DNA of 64,000 nucleotides from Phycisphaerae bacterium (GTDB lineage: Bacteria; Planctomycetota; Phycisphaerae; FEN-1346; JAACEH01). Of this stretch, positions 29,439-38,216 are shown in pieces. The notes under the pieces are model-generated. The model saw only the letters and a list, made by a program, of their open reading frames with translations. It made no database searches and was not told the origin of the DNA. The first letter of the stretch is position 1. Every line of letters begins with the position of its first letter. The translations under genes were made by a program, and so were the position numbers. The DNA is taken from positions 8,920 through 72,919 of the forward strand of contig JAAYDY010000072.1 of the NCBI GenBank assembly GCA_012729015.1. The letters are read 5' to 3'.

Positions 29439-30200
29439 CTACTGGAAGTACTGGGAGGCTTCGCCGCGATGCTGCTGTGCTCTCCCCTGGCTGTAGGGTA
29501 CCGGCAGGCTTCCTGCTACGGCTTGTGCCAAGTAGGCATCGATCTCGGTTCGCAGACCAACAATCCGTGCTACGTGATTCGCATCATTTGGATTCCACCA
29601 CTTCCACCAGTTATTGGCCATGACGTTGGCGGCGTTCTGGAATGGAGCATCAACGGAGGGATCGGTGCAAACGCCATACGGTGCGGCCTTGGTTTCGGCC
29701 TCGTAGGCAAGAACAATGGCTTCTCCTATGGCGATACCAGCAGAGTAGCGGGGATTATACTGCATGGCCAGCGTGCCTTGGAGCAGGTCTGCACCCAAGA
29801 GCAGCTTGCCCCGAGCCACACCACAGCGGTAGAAGCAGCGATGGACCGTGTTGGCCTTCATGAAATGGCAGGCCAACCTCCTGAAGACACGTTGCACATA
29901 GTCCCTGACGCTCCTACTCTCATCAGACACTGCATAGAACCCGTCGATTACGGGGTAAACGGACACATACGTGGACCTCTCTTCCAGTGCCGCAGCGTGG
30001 AGCCGGCCAACATGGTTGGCGGCTCGAGCAAGCGACGCTTTCATGTGATTCCTTGCTCCCATCAGGTCGATCCATGCGACGGTTCGGGTCTTGGCGGCTC
30101 GGCCCAGATTAGATGCATCAAAGTAGACATCCTTCTCGCTGGACCACGGACTAACGCCAGGCGATCCGACCGCTCCGCTAATCGCTCCCGCTCTGGTCAT
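29439..30200 (-). CDS. Hypothetical 253-aa protein with class III nucleotide-cyclase-like motifs, coupled to hsdR
   Basis: Its ATG overlaps the hsdR stop (ATGA at 30197-30200). VAWIDLMGARNHM, YPVIDGFYAVS, FYRCGVARGKLLLG and IAIGEAIVLAYEAE occur in the order and spacing of the cyclase beta1 metal-Asp, beta2 metal-Asp, RIGIHxG and GxxVNxAARxE elements. Confidence 0.45.
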   Translation of the reverse strand: MTRAGAISGAVGSPGVSPWSSEKDVYFDASNLGRAAKTRTVAWIDLMGARNHMKASLARAANHVGRLHAAALEERSTYVSVYPVIDGFYAVSDESRSVRDYVQRVFRRLACHFMKANTVHRCFYRCGVARGKLLLGADLLQGTLAMQYNPRYSAGIAIGEAIVLAYEAETKAAPYGVCTDPSVDAPFQNAANVMANNWWKWWNPNDANHVARIVGLRTEIDAYLAQAVAGSLPVPYSQGRAQQHRGEASQYFQ

Positions 30201-33016
30201 GCCACAAGCCTTTCGTTTAGCTCCGCCAAGATCGTATCGAGACGATCACCGAACAGCTGATAGGCCCGGCCGAGGTCGCCATGCTGGGCGAACCATCCGA
30301 GGGAGAAGTCCTCACGCTCGACGCGGACGCTGGTGGCGATAGCCTGGGCGATCTGGTCCAGCCACTGCCGCTGCTCTGGCGTGAAGGTCACGCCCATCTT
30401 GCCTTGCTCGTCAAGCCACCTCTGATAGCGTTCCATGACCACCGTGGCGAATGGCGTGAGCGGTTCGTCGGGGTGGATGGCGTGGAGGATCAGCGTGACG
30501 ATGTCGGCCAGCTGGCGGCCGCCGGAACCGCGGACCTTGGACTTGTCCAGGGCCTCGTAGGCGTGCCACAGAAGCTCGGGCGTGGCCTCCAGCGGGGGCC
30601 GCTGGATCAGTTGGGCGATGGACTTGATGTCGTCGAAGTCGACCTTGTTGCCGTAGCGGCGGGAGTAGATCAGTTCCAGGGCCATGATTTCGGCCTTGTT
30701 CTCCTCGATCCACTGGCGGAACGTCTCGATCTTGCCGCGGGCCTTCTCCTGGGCGGCGGCGTCGAAACCGGCGATGGTCACCTCGTCGAGGCTGATGCGG
30801 TCGATGGTCTGTTCATTGGCCGCCTTGATCTCCAGCAAGCGGTTGCGGAGTTCCGGGTTGTGAAGCGGCATGACGGCGGTGCGGGCCAGAGACTCGGCCG
30901 CATGGTCAATCTGTTCCTGCGTGGGCTGGGTGTCATCGGCCAGGCCGTTGGCGGATCGGGCTTCCTCAAGCTGGCGGTCGGGATCAACGGCGGCCACCAG
31001 TGCCCCGGCCAGGTCGGAGAGCGTCTTGCCGCCGGCCAGGTCCGCCAGTTCGCGTTTCTGGGGATCGGTGATCTCCTGGTCGAGCCGAGCCAGGCGAGCG
31101 GCCAGCGTGCTGAGGGCATCGGGATCGGTGCCGCCCATGGCCACATAGTTCAGGAGCTTCTTCAGCGAGACGCTGGGCTGGCGGTTGAGCGGGGCCGAGT
31201 CGGTCTTGTCGTGTTCGCACACGCCCACGCAGTCGACGATCACGAAGCGACTCTTGGCCTTGGCGTCGGGCGTGACGGCCTTGAGGTCGTCGGGGCGGAT
31301 GACGCGGACGCCGCGACCCTTCATCTGCTCGAAGAAGTTGGCCGACTTGACGTTCCGCATGAACATGACAATCTCCAGAGGCTTCACGTCGGTACCCGTG
31401 GCCACCATGTCGACCGTGACGGCAATCCGGGGGTTGAAGCTGAGGCGGAAGGCAGTCAGCACGTCGTCGGGCGTCATGGCGGAGACCTTCTTCCAGGTGT
31501 GGCCGCCACCCTCGGTCGGCACCCGCATGAAGCCCGTGCGGTAAGTGATCTTCTGGCAGAAGTCGTTCCCGCGGCCGAACTCCTCGCGGATGATGTTGAC
31601 GATGTCCTCGGCGTGCGAGTCGTCCTTGGCGAAGATGAGCGTCTTCGGGACCTCGGTGCGGCCGGGGAAGATGTCGGTGAAGAGCTTGTCGCGGAAAGTG
31701 CGGATGACCGTGCGAATCTGGTCCACCGCCACCACGTCGCGGTCGAGCTGGTTGGCCGTGTAGGTCAGGTCGTCGTCGAGTTGCTCGTAGCGGACGCGGC
31801 GGGTCAGGCGGTCGCGTTTGTCGACCAACTGGCCGGCGTCGATGGTCTCCCCGGACTCAGTGATCTTGGTGCTGATGCGGTACACGTCGTAGTTGACGTT
31901 CACGCCGTCGGCCACGGCCTCGGGGTGGGTGTACTCCATGACCAGGTTGCGGTTGAAGAAGCCGATGGTCTGCTTGCTGGGCGTAGCCGTGAGGCCGATG
32001 ATGTAGGCGTCGAAGTAGTCGAGCACTTGACGCCAGAGGTTGTAGATGCTCCTGTGACATTCGTCGACAACCACGAAGTCGAACGTCTCGATAGGCACGT
32101 TCGGATTATAGGCGATGGGCGGTGGTGGAGCGGACAGCGGGATGCCGGAGTCGAACATCGATCCCTCTTCGACGGCCGGGTCGAGTTCTGCCTCGCCCCG
32201 GAGGATCGAATAGAGTCGCTGCACCGTTGTGATGACCACACGGTTGACCGTACCGATGCTGTTCGTGCTGAGTCGCTGGATGTTGTAGATTTCGGCGAAG
32301 GTGCGGCCGTCGTCCGGTGTGCGGAACTGGCGGAACTCGGTCTCGGTCTGGCGGCCCAGGTTCGTGCGGTCGACCAGGAAGAGGACCCGCCGGGCATCGG
32401 CGTGCTTGATGAAGCGGTAGACGAAGTTGGCAGCGGTGAACGTCTTGCCGCTGCCGGTCGACATCTGGATCAGGGCCTTGGGGCGGTCCAGGGCCATGGA
32501 CTGCTCCAATTGGGCAATCGCTCGGATTTGGGCTTTCCACAGGCCCTCGGTCACCAGTGGCGGCATCTGCCGCAGGCGACCCCTGAGTTGCTGGCCGTCG
32601 TTGGCCCAGTCGAGCAGCGTCTCTGGCCGGTGGAAGTGAAACAGGTCCCGGCTGCGGGGATCGGGATCGCGATTGTCAGTGAACCGGGTTTCCTCGCCCG
32701 TGGACTCGTAGGCGAACGGAAGCGGCCGGGCGTAGGCAGGCAGGTCGTCAGGCAGCCCCTCGGAGTAGCGGGCCGACTGTGGCTCGACGCCGGTCAGCGT
32801 GTGTCCCACAGCCTTGGCCTCGACCACGCCGACAGCCTTGGCATCGACGTAGAGCAGGTAATCCGTGAAACCGAAGCCGGACTTCAGGGGGAACTCACGG
32901 ACCGCGATGCCCCGTCCAGCGGCCAGGTTCAGCCCGGACATCGACTGGACGATCCACCCCGCCGCGGCCAGCTTGGCGTCGATGTTTTCACGAGCTTGGG
33001 CTTCTGGACTCGGCAC
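30197..33016 (-). CDS. hsdR: Type I restriction enzyme R subunit (nuclease + SF2 helicase + EcoEI-type C-terminal domain)
   Basis: 939-aa ORF with a GTG start and GAGGTGG upstream. Motifs: ARENIDAKLAAAGW, nuclease DYLLYVDAKAVGVVEAKA, helicase MSTGSGKTFTA, VVVDECHRS, GLTATP and QMKGRGVR. Confidence 0.95.
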   Translation of the reverse strand: MPSPEAQARENIDAKLAAAGWIVQSMSGLNLAAGRGIAVREFPLKSGFGFTDYLLYVDAKAVGVVEAKAVGHTLTGVEPQSARYSEGLPDDLPAYARPLPFAYESTGEETRFTDNRDPDPRSRDLFHFHRPETLLDWANDGQQLRGRLRQMPPLVTEGLWKAQIRAIAQLEQSMALDRPKALIQMSTGSGKTFTAANFVYRFIKHADARRVLFLVDRTNLGRQTETEFRQFRTPDDGRTFAEIYNIQRLSTNSIGTVNRVVITTVQRLYSILRGEAELDPAVEEGSMFDSGIPLSAPPPPIAYNPNVPIETFDFVVVDECHRSIYNLWRQVLDYFDAYIIGLTATPSKQTIGFFNRNLVMEYTHPEAVADGVNVNYDVYRISTKITESGETIDAGQLVDKRDRLTRRVRYEQLDDDLTYTANQLDRDVVAVDQIRTVIRTFRDKLFTDIFPGRTEVPKTLIFAKDDSHAEDIVNIIREEFGRGNDFCQKITYRTGFMRVPTEGGGHTWKKVSAMTPDDVLTAFRLSFNPRIAVTVDMVATGTDVKPLEIVMFMRNVKSANFFEQMKGRGVRVIRPDDLKAVTPDAKAKSRFVIVDCVGVCEHDKTDSAPLNRQPSVSLKKLLNYVAMGGTDPDALSTLAARLARLDQEITDPQKRELADLAGGKTLSDLAGALVAAVDPDRQLEEARSANGLADDTQPTQEQIDHAAESLARTAVMPLHNPELRNRLLEIKAANEQTIDRISLDEVTIAGFDAAAQEKARGKIETFRQWIEENKAEIMALELIYSRRYGNKVDFDDIKSIAQLIQRPPLEATPELLWHAYEALDKSKVRGSGGRQLADIVTLILHAIHPDEPLTPFATVVMERYQRWLDEQGKMGVTFTPEQRQWLDQIAQAIATSVRVEREDFSLGWFAQHGDLGRAYQLFGDRLDTILAELNERLVA

Positions 33017-33222
33017 CCGCCACCTCGGTCTACTGCTTTCGGCCTGCTCGCCCCCTACGGTTTCTACTCATAACCACTTATGGGGTAACATTGTGAGCTC
33101 CAGTTTTAACAGGCTCGGCCTGGTAATGCAACTATCAGCCGGAGTTGCTCGAATGAAGAGGGCACGGCCGAGCGCTTGGGAACCGAGCAAGCCGCCAGAG
33201 GATCAGAGCATAACATCTGGTT

Positions 33223-36156
33223 TTAGCAGCCGGGCTGCCTGTCACGCCGGTCCATCGAATGCGGCGAATCGCCCGCCGCAGGCTCCGATTTCGTCAGAAC
33301 TGCAAGCTGGAAACGAAGTCCGGCGGCGGCCGACTCCGGCAAGGGCACTCGGGCGGCCAGTTTCTCGGCCGCACAAACGTCGTTCGCATACTCGTCGTAC
33401 TCTTCGCCCATCAGGATGCTGAACCATCGACGGCGGTCGACGACCACGCGATACATCTTCTCATCCTGGGTCTGGCTGACGTAGGGCAGGAAGACCTGGA
33501 TCGACCTGCCGCAGACTTCCGCCTTGGCCCCGATCCGGTCGATTCGGCCGGTCCGCTGCTCCAACGTGCTGGGATTCCAGCAGAGGTCGTGGTGGATGAC
33601 GTGTCGGCAGTTGAGGTGCAGGTCGACGCCTTCGGCCATGACACTGCTGGCGACGAGAATCTCCGGATAGAACGGGGTGTTGAAGGTAAGCATCAGCCTC
33701 TGGCGGGTGATTTGTCGGGTGCTGCCATTGACCAGGCGGACATTCGGCAGCAGTGCTTCCGTGCCCGCCTGCTGGAGTTCATCGTCGGAGTAGTAGGAGG
33801 CCAGCCTTTCACCGATGTGCGATCCGGTCTGCACTGACAGGAGGGCCTCGACGTACCGGTCGATCAGCTCCGGCTCGCCCAGACGGTGGGCCAGGAACTC
33901 GAAAAAGTTGCGGAGTTGCTGACGAAGAGAAAGACCGGACGCGTCTTCCGTCTCAAGGGCCTGACGGACGGAGTCCTCATCCTGCCGCGTGCGTTCCAGC
34001 GGGAAGAACCGGGCCAGGAAGGAGGGCGTCCGCAGATTCCTTCGGACAATCTCCACAAGGTCATCGCAGCGACCGGCCAGTGGCGGAAACTCGGAGAGGA
34101 TGGCTCTGATTTCATGGTCGCAGGCCCGACGCACGGGAGAGTCCGTGTCGAAGAAGCGGTCCCCCAGACGCTCCAACTCGATCTCTGCCTCTGTGGTGGG
34201 ACATCCCAGCTTGGCTGCGGCCTGTTCGGCTGTCTTTCGGCGAATGGCCTCGGAGATGCGTTCACGAAGGGCTCGACCGGTAGCCACGTAGTGGCAGAAG
34301 ACAACCACCTTCTCGCCCCGAGCCCACGTCTCAACAGCCCGTTGCACTGTAGCCGCAATCTTGGGGTGCCCGGCCATGGCGAGCGGATCGTTTCGAGGCA
34401 GGAACTTCTCGAGCTGAGCCAGGTACCACATAGCCGTCTTGTCGATGGCTGATTTCACCGGCGGGTCGTCGTCACCGTCGAGAATCGAGTTCACATCGGC
34501 TTCGGCACCTGCCGGGTCCTTAGCCACGCGTTGCCGAGTCAGCAGAAAGGCCTCATAACTGGAGGCAAGACCTTCGGCGAAGACCGGCCGCGACTTGGGC
34601 GTGCAGGCCGTCGCCCGGGCAGCCAGCAGGAACGGCAACAGGCTCTGCCCCTGAATGGAGATGCCTTCACTGCTACCGGGGTTGCCATCGCCAACGAGAA
34701 GAATCCGCCGGCCGGGTAGTTCATCTCTTCGCGGCACCCCTTGGAACGGATTTGGAAGAGCCTTGGGCCTTACGTGCCTGATGACCCACGGGGCGAGGAC
34801 CTCCTCGGCCCGTTTCATAGAGGGCTGCACGCGGCTGAAGCACGACAGAACTTCCTGCAACTTAGGCGACACATCACGGCCATTCATCGCGGCAGGCCAC
34901 CAGTCGTCCTCGGGAGAGTGCGGCACACCGTCGATCTTCAGATCTGACTCGTCCAACCGGCTCCAGACCTTGTCCAGTGTCAGCGATGACTGCTGGGCTG
35001 CGTCAAGCCGGCGGCGAAGCTCGCTAACCTGCTCCAGGAAGGTCTTGCGGGACTGCGAGTCCGCCATCCGGGTTCCGGAGAACCGCTCGATCACCGAGCA
35101 GAGTTCGTGATGCCCCAGTTGGAACGGCGTGGCCGTCAGAAAGAGCATCCGCTCGAACACGCCATGCAGAGCTCCCCGCTCGACGATGGCGGCGTCATCC
35201 TGGGCTTCGGACACCTGAAACAGGCCGGCCAGCCGCGTGCCCGGATTCTTCAGGTGATGGGCCTCGTCGAGAATCAACAGCGGCAGGCGGAATCTCATCC
35301 GCTGGATGGCCAGATCCCAGAGCTTGCGGATTTCATCCCGGATGGCATGACGGGCCTGCTTCAGATGCCATTCGTAGTGCTTCGTCTGTCGCTGAGGAAC
35401 GTCCCGATTGAGAACCGCGTAGAGTTCATCGGTGTCCCGAGCCCTCAGCTTCTCGAGCACGGCCAGCAGAGCCGCCGGCACAGGGTCATCGTCGTTATCG
35501 GGGTTTCCGTCTCCCTCCGGATCGACGTCCCAGGCATGGAGCACCGTCAGCCAGTCGGACGGCAGTTTTCTCAGCAACTCCTCCCACATCTCGGGGTCTC
35601 TGTCCGCCCGACCCAGCCTGAGCAGACGGCCGGCCGTGCGGCCCAGCACCCGTCGCAGTTGTTTCGTTTGGTGCCGACCGTGAAGAGCCCGGTGAATGAA
35701 GGCCAGCTTCATCCAGCCATCATCCAGTGCCCGGTTCATTGCTCCGTGCGTAAGGAAGATGAGACTGCTCCGCCGATCCTTCGGATCGTCAAGCAACTTC
35801 AGGAACGTGGTGGCCTTGTCGGCTTTGCCATAACGCAGTCTGGCCTGAGCCTCCTGGGGCAGACACCGTTTGCGAAACAGCTCGAAGTCGTGCGGCCACT
35901 TCTCCTTCAGCGACGGAGGAACCATAGCGACCACCGGCCGACCGCCAGCGTCATTGAGGGCAACGGAGGCCGCAACCGCCAGGGCTACAAATGTCTTGCC
36001 CATCCCGACTTCATCCGCCAGAACCAGTCCCGGCTGTTTCGCCAACCGGCGCAGAATCTCACCGGCGGTCGCGGTCTGCCGGCTCGCGTCTTCGGAGGAG
36101 ATGCGGCCTTCGATGTACAGGTTGAGGCCTGAGAACAAGGGGTGTTGCCATGTCAT
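33223..36156 (-). CDS. SNF2-family helicase (977 aa)
   Basis: Motifs LADEVGMGKTFVALAVA, LLILDEAHHLKN, LFLTATPFQ, ILVASSVMAEGVDLH, HHDLCWNPSTLEQRTGRIDRIG. Its ATG overlaps the stop of the PLD gene (ATGA at 36153-36156). Confidence 0.9.
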   Translation of the reverse strand: MTWQHPLFSGLNLYIEGRISSEDASRQTATAGEILRRLAKQPGLVLADEVGMGKTFVALAVAASVALNDAGGRPVVAMVPPSLKEKWPHDFELFRKRCLPQEAQARLRYGKADKATTFLKLLDDPKDRRSSLIFLTHGAMNRALDDGWMKLAFIHRALHGRHQTKQLRRVLGRTAGRLLRLGRADRDPEMWEELLRKLPSDWLTVLHAWDVDPEGDGNPDNDDDPVPAALLAVLEKLRARDTDELYAVLNRDVPQRQTKHYEWHLKQARHAIRDEIRKLWDLAIQRMRFRLPLLILDEAHHLKNPGTRLAGLFQVSEAQDDAAIVERGALHGVFERMLFLTATPFQLGHHELCSVIERFSGTRMADSQSRKTFLEQVSELRRRLDAAQQSSLTLDKVWSRLDESDLKIDGVPHSPEDDWWPAAMNGRDVSPKLQEVLSCFSRVQPSMKRAEEVLAPWVIRHVRPKALPNPFQGVPRRDELPGRRILLVGDGNPGSSEGISIQGQSLLPFLLAARATACTPKSRPVFAEGLASSYEAFLLTRQRVAKDPAGAEADVNSILDGDDDPPVKSAIDKTAMWYLAQLEKFLPRNDPLAMAGHPKIAATVQRAVETWARGEKVVVFCHYVATGRALRERISEAIRRKTAEQAAAKLGCPTTEAEIELERLGDRFFDTDSPVRRACDHEIRAILSEFPPLAGRCDDLVEIVRRNLRTPSFLARFFPLERTRQDEDSVRQALETEDASGLSLRQQLRNFFEFLAHRLGEPELIDRYVEALLSVQTGSHIGERLASYYSDDELQQAGTEALLPNVRLVNGSTRQITRQRLMLTFNTPFYPEILVASSVMAEGVDLHLNCRHVIHHDLCWNPSTLEQRTGRIDRIGAKAEVCGRSIQVFLPYVSQTQDEKMYRVVVDRRRWFSILMGEEYDEYANDVCAAEKLAARVPLPESAAAGLRFQLAVLTKSEPAAGDSPHSMDRRDRQPGC

Positions 36157-38216
36157 ATGCCTGCCTCCTCGAAGGCTGACTCGACATACTGGCCGAGGTT
36201 GGCCTCCGCCCCTCGAACAGCCCTCTGAATGTCAACACACAGTTCACCAATGGTCTGTCTGATCGCTTCGCGGACCTTTGCTGGCGGGAGGCAGCCGGCA
36301 CAGGATTTGGGCTGCACCCGCGAAAGCTCCAGGGCAAGTTCCGTCAGCAGGAAACTCTTCTCTTCGTCATTCACCCCTTCCTTGAGGATCGCTTTGGCCA
36401 GAGCCTTGACGCCGACAGGCCCGTGAAGCCGCCAGGCAAGGCTCTCCGCCGTGCCGACCGGCTGCTCCAGCCGCTCCCGCATTCGCGACAGGGCGAGCGA
36501 CACACGACGCGTCCTCTGCAGGAGGAAGCCCGAGGTGTCGACGCGTCTGTGAGGGTCAACGTCAGGCCCTGGAACTGGCCCGGAGATCTGCCGAGACCGC
36601 GACAGTTCGCGGAGCAGCACGTGCAGTGGTCGGGCCGAGGACAGGATTCGCACCAGATCGTCGAGCGACAGGTTACGCAGTTCGTCCGGAGGCGGCAGCA
36701 CTCGAGCGTCTTCAACGTTGACCGGCCACCAGGCAGGCCCGGCCGCCCCCATCCAGCGGACGTTGAAGCCCGAGGGGGCTGCATTGCCCATTGGCCAAGG
36801 GATGCGTACCTCCGCCGGGGTCCCACCGGCCAGCCACCGTGCTTCGTCGTAGAGCGGCGGAGTGCCCTCTTCCTGTTGAACTGACCAGCCGGCAGGCGGC
36901 TGCCCATTGAAGGTCAGCACCACCTCATGGCTCTGGTCATCGCAACTCCGGAAGGTAGCCGGCCCAAACTCTGCCGGCAGAACGATCTCGCTGGAAGGTT
37001 CATCCTCGTTGGCGGCCGAGTCAGGCTCCAGCCACCGGCAGGCATCGGTCTCGATTTCCTCTCCGTCCAGGCTACCCGCCGCAAACTGTTCCAGAGCCTT
37101 CTTGTCCGCAGCATTGGAGAGAAGATAGAGCAGATTGGCTTCGATGTTGGTCCGAGGACCAAGACCCAGCCCGGCCGTGGTGAAGTTGCTCGACCCGATG
37201 AGGTGCCCCCACCAGCAATCGCTTTCCAGCCAGAGACTCTTGGCATGCAACGGACGGCCCTCAAGTTCAAGGCGGCTTATGCAAACCTCGACGTCCGAAC
37301 GGTGGAGGGGTCCGGTTTCGATCAGGGACCTGGGGGCATGGACAAGAAGCTTCTCCTCGCCGGGAATCTCCTCCACAATGACGTTAAACTCGGCTGTGGC
37401 CTCACCCTTCTGATTCAGGAGGTCCCAGAGAGCTCCGGCCGGTTTGTTGGGCTGGTCATTCTCGGGGGGATCAAAGAACGGGCTGGTAACCACGGCCCAC
37501 TTCGGTGGACCGCCGCTCGGCCAGTTCTTCCGGATCGACGCAAAGGCATCAGGTCTGCCGGGGCCCGTGACGACCAGACAGACACGAGGGCCTTTCCTCG
37601 GCGTGCTCTCTCTACCCCACGACTTCCTGACTGCGAGTTGACGAACCCGCTTGAGGAAGCCTTGCCATCGGCCGAGGGCCCGACACTGGTCAGCGGGCCA
37701 GGACACCAAGGCAGAGGCCTCGCCAAGGAAATCGAGCACCTCTCTCAGGCAGTCCAACGGGCTTGCGGAAGCTTCGTGGTAATCCAGGACCCCGAAGATC
37801 TCCTGGTTCCGCTGATAGCCGTCCGGCGTCAGGTTCGCCGAGGCTACGACCAATCGCACTAGGTTGCTCCAGGCCAGCAGCGAGACCTTGGCGTGCAGTA
37901 TGCCCTTCTGAATGCGGGCTGGCAGCAAGTCCCAACGCAGACTCCGTGTGCCCCGGCAGTTGTGCTGGTCCACGAGCACCGCCGCACAGGCCAACTGCGA
38001 GAGCTTCTCCTCCCGCTCTACCAGGTAGAGCTTCCCGTCCTCGTTGGCACCGGTCTCCATCTGTACCAGGCGACCGAGGCACTGCTCCTCGAAGAACACC
38101 GGATCGAAGGTGAACGTAGTCGCCACGCAACCGATCGGGCTGCCCGCGTCGAGCGGTGGGGTCCAAGCGTCGAGCAGCCGACCGTATCCGGGCTGGGTAT
38201 CGCGTCGCTTTCTCAT
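36153..38216 (-). CDS. Phospholipase D-superfamily (HxK) nuclease-like protein, two HKD-type motifs (687 aa)
   Basis: GILHAKVSLLAWSNLVRLVVASANLT and PLHAKSLWLESDCWWGHLIGSSNFTTAG are two HxK...(S)xN motifs. Its ATG overlaps the upstream stop (ATGA at 38213-38216). Confidence 0.85.
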   Translation of the reverse strand: MRKRRDTQPGYGRLLDAWTPPLDAGSPIGCVATTFTFDPVFFEEQCLGRLVQMETGANEDGKLYLVEREEKLSQLACAAVLVDQHNCRGTRSLRWDLLPARIQKGILHAKVSLLAWSNLVRLVVASANLTPDGYQRNQEIFGVLDYHEASASPLDCLREVLDFLGEASALVSWPADQCRALGRWQGFLKRVRQLAVRKSWGRESTPRKGPRVCLVVTGPGRPDAFASIRKNWPSGGPPKWAVVTSPFFDPPENDQPNKPAGALWDLLNQKGEATAEFNVIVEEIPGEEKLLVHAPRSLIETGPLHRSDVEVCISRLELEGRPLHAKSLWLESDCWWGHLIGSSNFTTAGLGLGPRTNIEANLLYLLSNAADKKALEQFAAGSLDGEEIETDACRWLEPDSAANEDEPSSEIVLPAEFGPATFRSCDDQSHEVVLTFNGQPPAGWSVQQEEGTPPLYDEARWLAGGTPAEVRIPWPMGNAAPSGFNVRWMGAAGPAWWPVNVEDARVLPPPDELRNLSLDDLVRILSSARPLHVLLRELSRSRQISGPVPGPDVDPHRRVDTSGFLLQRTRRVSLALSRMRERLEQPVGTAESLAWRLHGPVGVKALAKAILKEGVNDEEKSFLLTELALELSRVQPKSCAGCLPPAKVREAIRQTIGELCVDIQRAVRGAEANLGQYVESAFEEAGI

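Noticed and set aside
29439-30200. Calling the cyclase-like gene plus neighbours a Pycsar system
   Set aside because: I see no cyclic-nucleotide-binding domain or TIR domain in the adjacent 401-aa or 175-aa proteins. The cyclase assignment itself rests only on motif resemblance.
30281-33073. 930-aa + strand ORF opposite hsdR
   Set aside because: Antisense shadow of hsdR. The same applies to 47154..50096 (opposite pnkp), 55136..57037 (opposite rtcB), 5017..6591 (opposite the beta-helix gene), 7156..8757 (opposite gdhA), 35107..36132 and 36927..37862.
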